A DNA stretch of 64,000 nt from Octopus vulgaris (taxonomy: Eukaryota), in NCBI GenBank assembly GCA_951406725.2, contig OX597838.1:5332001-5396000 (forward strand), read 5' to 3'. The translations under genes were made by a program, and so were the position numbers. This document shows, one piece after another, positions 56,347 to 64,000 of the stretch. Positions within the stretch are counted from its first letter, which is position 1, and every line of letters begins with the position of its first letter. The notes beneath the pieces are model-generated. The model saw only the letters and a program-made list of their open reading frames with translations. It was not told the DNA's origin and did not search any database.

Positions 56347-59300
56347 TTACGTTTTGGCCGATATGTGCGTATAAAAGATCCCTTTAAAATTATAAGCCCC
56401 TAGGCATTCATGAAAACAAATTACTAATTTAAACTATTCAAAACAATCTGAAACATATATATATATACTAGAATAATTGAACGCAGTTGCAAGCTGAATT
56501 CAAGCAAATCTCCGCAAAGTGAAAAAATGGATTTGTTTACATATTAAGAAAGTACGAGTTATTGTGTTGCGTATGTATTTTCCTACATTTTTTGATATTG
56601 TAATTCTGCGTAAAAATAACAAGCCATATATTGCAAACGGTCGCAACATTAACTCGTAGAGTAAATTAGAAATATAGTTTTACGTTTTGGCCTATATGTG
56701 CGTATAAAAGATCCCTTTAAAATTATAAGCCCATAGGCATTCATGAAAACAAATTACTAATTTAAACTATTCAAAACAACCTGAAACATATATATATATA
56801 TATATACTAGAATTATTGAACGCAGTTGCAAGCTGAATTCAAACAAATCTCCGCAAAGTGTATAAAATGGATTTGTTTACATTTTAAGAAAGTACGAGAT
56901 ATTGTGTTGCGTATGCATTTTACTACATTTTTTGATATTGTAATTCTGCGTAAAAAATAACAAGCCATATTTTGTAAACGTTCACAACATTAACTCGTAG
57001 AGTAAATTAGAAATATAGTTTTATGTTTTGGCCTATATGTGCGTATAAAAGATCCCTTTAAAATTATAAACCCATAGGCATTCATGAAAGCAAATGACTA
57101 ATTTAAACTATTCAAAACAATCTGAAACATATATATATATTCTAGAATTATTGAACGCAGTTGCAAGCTGAATTCAAACAAATCTCCGCAAAGTGCAAAA
57201 ATGGATTTGTTTACATTTTAATAACGTACGAGTTATTGTGTTGCGTATATATTTTCCTACATTTTTTGATATTGTAATTCTGCGTAAAAATGACAAGACA
57301 TATATTGCAAACGTTCACAACATTAACTCGTAGATTAAATTAGAAATATAGTTTTATAAGTACAAGAAAAATATCCCTTTATGAACGTATTTCGTTAGAT
57401 GTTTTAAAGAGTTTTAGTGTGTTTGTGCAGGTGTGTAATTAATTAAGAATAATTCAGTGAATAAATCTCAACGAAAGGGGATGTTTTACGCGAAGTTACA
57501 GCAAAATCTATTCAAAATCTCATCATGTATTATTAAAAGAATTCCTTGAAGATGCATTCAAAGATCCTGCGAATATTTCACACTTTTATGAAGACTGGGT
57601 TTTCACCCGTGGAAATCATGTAATCGAAAAACATCTGGGGCTAAAATTCATATTTAACTCGAACAATTAATTCAGTCTATGTAAACTTTCGCCGCTATAA
57701 AGTTAATGAAGAGAATGTCTGAGACGAATATAGGAAACTGGATTATTACTAGAAATAATAATTTAAATAACTATGGGACAGATTGTAAAATTGCACTTAC
57801 ACAAACAGTAGAATACAGAATGATTTCCTTACGAAAAAAGCACGCGGTGATCTGGATGACTCGGAATTAGTGACTGACAACAAAAGAGCAAGTGATGATC
57901 TGGATGGGTAACCCGCTCACCTCGGCTGACTGACGACTAATGATTTACAAAACTTCACCTGTGCTTATATTGTCTACGTTGGGATAACGGTCAAGATGAT
58001 AGTAACAATAGATAACGGCGGGAATATTCACCAATCGCTCGACGGCTCCTTAGCGTATTGTTCACGTGATAGGACAAAACTAACGAATCACGGCTCCGCA
58101 TTGAGGTGACACCCGCATTCAAATCCCGCAAAGTGTATAAAATGGATTTGTTTACATTTTAAGAAAGTACGAGTTATCGTGTTGCGTATATATTTAACTA
58201 CATTTTTTGATATTGTAATTCTGCGTAAAAAATAACAAGCTATATTTTGTAAACGTTCACAACATTAACTCGTAGAGTAAATTAGAAATATAGTTTTACG
58301 TTTTGGCCTATATGTGCGTATAAAAGATCCCTTTAAAATTATAAACCCATAAGCATTCATGAAAACAAATTACTAATTTAAATTATTCAAAACAATCTGA
58401 AACATATATATATATATACTAGAATTATCGAACGCAGTTGCAAGCTGAATTCAAGCAAATCTCCGCAAAGTGTATAAAATGGATTTGTTTACATTTTAAG
58501 AAAGTACGAGATATTGTGTTGCGTATATATTTTACTACATTTTTTGATATAGTAATTCTGCGTAAAAATAACAAGACATATTTTGCAAACGGTCACAACA
58601 TTAACTCGTAGAGTAAATTAGAAATATAGTTTTACGTTTTGGCCTATATGTGCGTATAAAAGATCCCTTTAGAATTATAAGCCCATAGGCATTCATGAAA
58701 ACAAATTACTTATTTAAACTATTCAAAACAATCTGAAACATATATATATACTAGAATTATTGAACGCAGTTGCAAGCTGAATTCAAGCAAATTTCCGCAA
58801 AGTGAAAAAATGGATTTGTTTACATTTTAAGAAAGTACGACTTATTGTGTTGCGTATATATTTTCCTACATTTTTTGATATTGTAATTCTGCGTAAAAAT
58901 AACAAGCCATATATTGCAAACGGTCGCAACATTAACTCGTAGAGTAAATTAGAAATATAGTTTTATAAGTACAAGAAAAATATCTCTTTATGAACGTATT
59001 TCGTTAGATGTTTTAAAGAGTTTTAGTGTGTTTGTGCAGGTGTGTAATTAATTAAGAATAATTCAGTGAATAAATCTCAACGAAAGGGGGATGTTTTACG
59101 CGGAATTACAGCAAAATCTATTCAAAATCTCCTCATATATTATTAAAAGAATTCCTTCAAGATGCATTCAAAGATCTTCCGAATATTTCACACTCTTATG
59201 AAGACTGGGTTTTCACCCGTGGAAATCATGTAATCGAAAAACATCTGGGGCTAAAATTCATATTTAACTCGAACAATTAATTCAGTCTATGTAAACTTTC

Positions 59301-61340
59301 GCTATAAAGTTAATGAAGAAAATGTCAAAGAGGACGAATATAGGAAACTGGATTATTACTAGAAATAATAATTGAAATAACTATGGAACAGATTGTAAAA
59401 TTGCACTTACACAAAGAGTAGAATACAGAATGATTTCCTTACGAAAAAAGCACGCGGTGATCTGGATGACTCCGAATTAGTGACTGACAATAAAAGAGCA
59501 AGTGATGATCAGGATGGGTAACCCGCTCACCTCGGCTGACTGACAACTAATGATTTACAAAACTTCACCTGTGCTTATATTGTCTACGTTGGGATAACGG
59601 TCAAGATGATAGTAACAATAGATAACGGCGGGAATATTCACCAATCGCTCGACGGCTCCTTAAACTATTGCTCACGTGATAGGACAAAACTAACGAATCA
59701 CGGCTCCGCATTGAGGTGACACCCGCATTCAAATCCCGCAAAGTGTATAAAATGGATTTGTTTACATTTTAAGAAAGTACGAGTTATTGTGTTGCGTATA
59801 TATTTTACTACATTTTTTGATATTGTAATTCTGCGTAAAAAATAACAAGCTATATTTTGTAAACGTTCACAACATTAACTCGTAGAGTAACTTAGAAATA
59901 TAGTTTTACGTTTTGGCCTATATGTGCGTATAAAAGATCCCTTTAAAATTATAAACCCATAAGCATTCATGAAAACAAATTACTAATTTAAATTATTCAA
60001 AACAATCTGAAACATATATATATATACTAGAATTATCGAACGCAGTTGCAAGCTGAATTCAAGAAAATCTCCACAAAGTGTATAAAATGGATTTGTTTAC
60101 ATTTTAAGAAAGTACGAGATATTGTGTTGCGTATATATTTTACTACATTTTTTGATATTGTAATTCTGCGTAAAAATAACAAGACATATTTTGCAAACGG
60201 TCACAACATTAACTCGTTGAGTAAATTAGAAATATAGTTTTACGTTTTGGCCTATATGTGCGTATAAAAGATCCCTTTAAAATTGTAAGCCCATAGGCAT
60301 TCATGAAAACAAATTACTTATTTAAACTATTCAAAACAATCTGAAACATATATATATACTAGAATTATTGAACGCAGTTGCAAGCTGAATTCAAGCAAAT
60401 CTCCGCAAAGTGTATAAAATGGATTTGTTTACATTTTAAGAAAGTACGAGTTAATGTGTTGCGTATATATTTTCCTACATTTTTTGATATTGTAATTCTG
60501 CGTAAAAATAACAAGCCATATATTGCAAACGGTCGCAACATTAACTCGTAGAGTAAATTAGAAATATAGTTTTATAAGTACAAGAAATATATCCCTTTAT
60601 GAACATATTTCGTTAGATGTTTTAAAGAGTTTTAGTGTTTTTGTGCAGGTGTGTAATTAATTAAGAATAATTCAGTGAATAAATCTAAACGAAAGGGGAT
60701 GTTTTACGCGAAGTTACAGCAAAATCTATTCAAAATCTCATCATATATTATTAAAAGAATTCCTTGAAGATGCATTCAAAGATCCTGCGAATATTTCACA
60801 CTTTTATGAAGACTGGGTTTTCACCCGTGGAAATCATGTAATCGAAAAACATCTGGGGCTAAAATACATATTTAACTCGAACAATTAATTCAGTCTATGT
60901 AAACTTTCGCCGCTATAAAGTTAATGAAGAGAATGTCTGAGACGAATATAGGAAACTGGATTATTACTAGAAATAATAATTTAAATAACTATGAAACAGA
61001 TTGTAAAAATTGCACTTACACAAACAGTAGAATACAGAATGATTTCCTTACGAAAAAATCACGCGGTGATCTGGATGACTCGGAATTAGTGACTGACAAC
61101 AAAAGAGCAAGTGATGATCAGGATGGGTAAACCGCTCACCTCGGCTGACTGACGACTAATGATTTACAAATCTTCACCTGTGCTTATATTGTCTACGTTG
61201 GGATAACGGTCAAGATGATAGTAACAATAGATAACGGCGGGAATATTCACCAATCGCTCAACGGCTCCTTAAACTATTGCTCACGTGATAGGACAAAACT
61301 AACGAATCACGGCTCCGCATTGAGGTGACACCCGCATTCA
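56347..61340. repeat. higher-order tandem array: three ~1.61-kb units, each ~2.5 x 335-bp monomer A plus ~770-bp block B
   Basis: Monomer A starts (TACGTTTTGGCCTATATGTGCG) near 56348, 56681, 57023, 58297, 58632, 59907 and 60241; block B ends (GGTGACACCCGCATTCA) near 58120, 59730 and 61340. Confidence 0.95.
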
Positions 61341-61517
61341 TAATGTTGACTCTACTTTTATGTAAATGTGTGTAGCTTTTTGCTCACAGTGGCCTTAATA
61401 AATTAGCATACGTTGAAAAGGTTTCTAACGATGCCCACATATGAACTTCGATGCTTCTTATAGTAAATTCCTAGTAGTTTTCTTTTATGTTTAATGGTAC
61501 ACTATTTTAATATATGC

Positions 61518-61559
<42 letters not shown>

Positions 61560-62109
61560 TTATATATATATATAAATATATAAGCAGTAGATAGATACAT
61601 ATATATAAATATCTATTTATCTATCTCACTGCCTATATATATATGTATATAAGCATATATATATATATACATACATATCTCTCTCTCCCTATATATATAT
61701 ATATATAAACATATATACATATTTATATATATATATATATAAATATATATATATATAAATATGAGCTTACATCTCTCTATATATCCACCATTGTATCTAC
61801 CTGTCTACAATCTATATCTATCTATCCACATCTCTTTTTCAATGTCTCTGTCTTGCGCGTGTGTGTGCATGTGTGTGTTTGTGTATTTCAGCGTCAACAT
61901 CGCATGGCAAGCGATGTTGTGTTGACATCTCCATTACTTAGCGCCTCGGCAAAAGGGCCCGATAGAATAAGTACTAGGCTAACAAAGAATAAGTCCTGCG
62001 CCTCTATGTTTTCGAATAAAAGTTTGTGCTTCATCACATACCGCTCAAATTTAGAAATATCAGTCAAAACTGCTAATTCCCCTACTACGACATATCTCCA
62101 CAGACAGCT

Positions 62110-62960
62110 GTGTGCAGGTGTGTATTTAATTAAGAACAATTCAGTGAATTAATCTCAACGCAAGGGACTATTGTACGTGAAATAACATTTAAAATTATTC
62201 AAAATCTCATCTTATATTACTAGCAGAATACATAGAAAATGCATTCAATGATCCTGCGTATATTTCACATATTTATGAAGACAGGGTTGTCACCGGTTCA
62301 AATCATCTAATCTAAAAACATCTGGGGCTAAATTACAAATATATTTCGTAGAATTGACTGAGGCTATGTAAAATTTCGCTATATACTTAATGACGAAATT
62401 ATCTGAGAAGAATATAGAAAACTGGATTATTACTATTAATAATTTAAGTAACTATGAAACAGATTTTAAAATTGCACTTACACAGAGTAGAATACAGAAT
62501 GATTTCCTTACGAAAAAGCACGCGGTGATCTGGATGACTCCGAATTAGTGACTGACAGCAAAAAAGCAGGTGATGATTGGGTTGGGTTAGCTTCTCTCCT
62601 CGGCTGACTGACAGCAAAAAGGCAGGTGATGATCGGGATGGCTTATCTTCTCTGCTCGGCTGACTGACAACTAATGATTTAGAAAACTTCACCTGTATTT
62701 ATACTGTCAACTTTGAGATGACGGTCGATAGCAATAATAGATAACGGCGGGAATATTCACCAATCGCTCGGCGGTTCGTTAGACTATTGCTCACGTGATA
62801 GGATAAAACTGACCAATCACGGCTTCGCATTGAAGAGATACCCGTTTTCAAATTTTGATCCTACTTTTATGTAAATGTGGGTAGCCTTTTGCTCACAGTG
62901 GCCTTAATAAACTAGCATATGTTCCAAAGGTTTCCAACGATACCCACATATGAACTTTGA
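62110..62960 (+). repeat. older diverged copy of block B plus downstream tail
   Basis: Aligns to 60640-61450 with many substitutions and an internal duplication of GCTGACTGACA; a further remnant lies at 63825-63945. Confidence 0.85.
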
Positions 62961-63144
62961 AGATAATTTATAATAAAATCTACATCAGGGAATTAGAATC
63001 GCAAAGTCAAAGTGATAAATAAATGCGAGTTTGTATACCTGCGTGTATATTTGTGAATATATATATTTATATATATGTATACATAAGTAAAGAGATATAT
63101 ACATATATATACACATATGTGTGAGTATACATACACACATACAA

Positions 63145-63183
<39 letters not shown>

Positions 63184-63261
63184 GTAGATATATAACATCT
63201 ATAGATACATATATATACATATATATCCCTATCTCTCTCTTTTAACCGTTTTAACTTGCTT

Positions 63262-63733
63262 ATTTAACTACTTTTTTGATTTCTTTATGTTCGATTGAAT
63301 TAACAGCCAACTTTTGCGCTCATATGCACGCACACACATGCACAAACACACAAACACACACACACGCACATACGCATATGCACTCACTAACGCACGTACA
63401 CACGCATGCACACGCATGCACACGCAAATATTATTTCGCAACAGATAAGTAATCTTCATATTTATGTACAGTCGTTACTTGTAAATGTAATCATTGAAAC
63501 TATTGAGTTGTTCCCCGTACAACGCATCTATTTCTGAATGCTGAAATATGAAAAAAAATCACTCTTTTTGCCATAGCAACCACATCTTTACACCTTTCGA
63601 ATTTTAACCACCGCGGGTCGCATCCTCACTACGCATTTAGTATCCCCGCCAATTTTCAGCTCGATCCTGGCACAACTAGTGCCATTGAATCCTTACGAAA
63701 GCCAAAGTGTGCAAGTTTTTTTCTCTTTTATAT

Positions 63734-63735
<2 letters not shown>
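63262..63735 (+). repeat. ~430-bp dispersed direct repeat, copy 2
   Basis: Homologous to 54665-55090. Confidence 0.88.
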
Positions 63736-63814
<79 letters not shown>

Positions 63815-64000
63815 AACACTAAACAATCACGGCTTTGCAGTGAGGAGACACCCACATTCACTCTTTCATACTACTTTCATGCATATATGAGTACGTAGGC
63901 CCTAATATATTAGCGTATTCCAAAGATGACCACATGTGAATTTTGTTAGGTTTACAGTGCGGTCCCAGCAAAGAATCTATATAGCTGTGATACTACTTTA

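Noticed and set aside
56347-61340. CRISPR-like array or tandem gene cluster
   Set aside because: Eukaryotic context; units are long near-identical repeats without unique spacers, and no ORF or recognisable snRNA/histone/rRNA gene is kept across units.
54665-63735. LTR retrotransposon bounded by the 430-bp direct repeats
   Set aside because: No TG/CA termini, PBS, PPT, target-site duplication or gag/pol remnants.

Overview
AT-rich, microsatellite-saturated animal genomic DNA. The SINE families, 5S sequence and repeat landscape point to an octopus/coleoid cephalopod (inferred, not database-checked). Nearly all short ORFs in the track are translations of (TA)n/(CA)n/(GA)n/(ATT)n repeats. Supported content: (1) a near full-length CR1-group LINE on the minus strand (~9.26-13.7 kb) with a Myb/SANT-like + CCCH ORF1 and an APE-RT ORF2 broken by one frameshift; (2) a Penelope-like element (PLE, Naiad-type motifs) at 21.3-23.7 kb whose 5' truncation junction holds two identical head-to-tail 5S rRNA copies joined to an inverted pseudo-LTR by a 6-nt microhomology, the most unusual structure in the window; (3) several more PLE remnants with hammerhead ribozyme motifs; (4) tRNA-derived SINEs of at least three families, Dong/R4 and RTE 3' ends, a mariner-type MITE and Helitron-like ends; (5) a spliced minus-strand gene (~50.3-53.5 kb) encoding a ~590-aa protein with a ZC3H7/HELZ2-type CCCH module; (6) a higher-order tandem array (~335-bp monomers inside ~1.61-kb units) at 56.3-61.3 kb.
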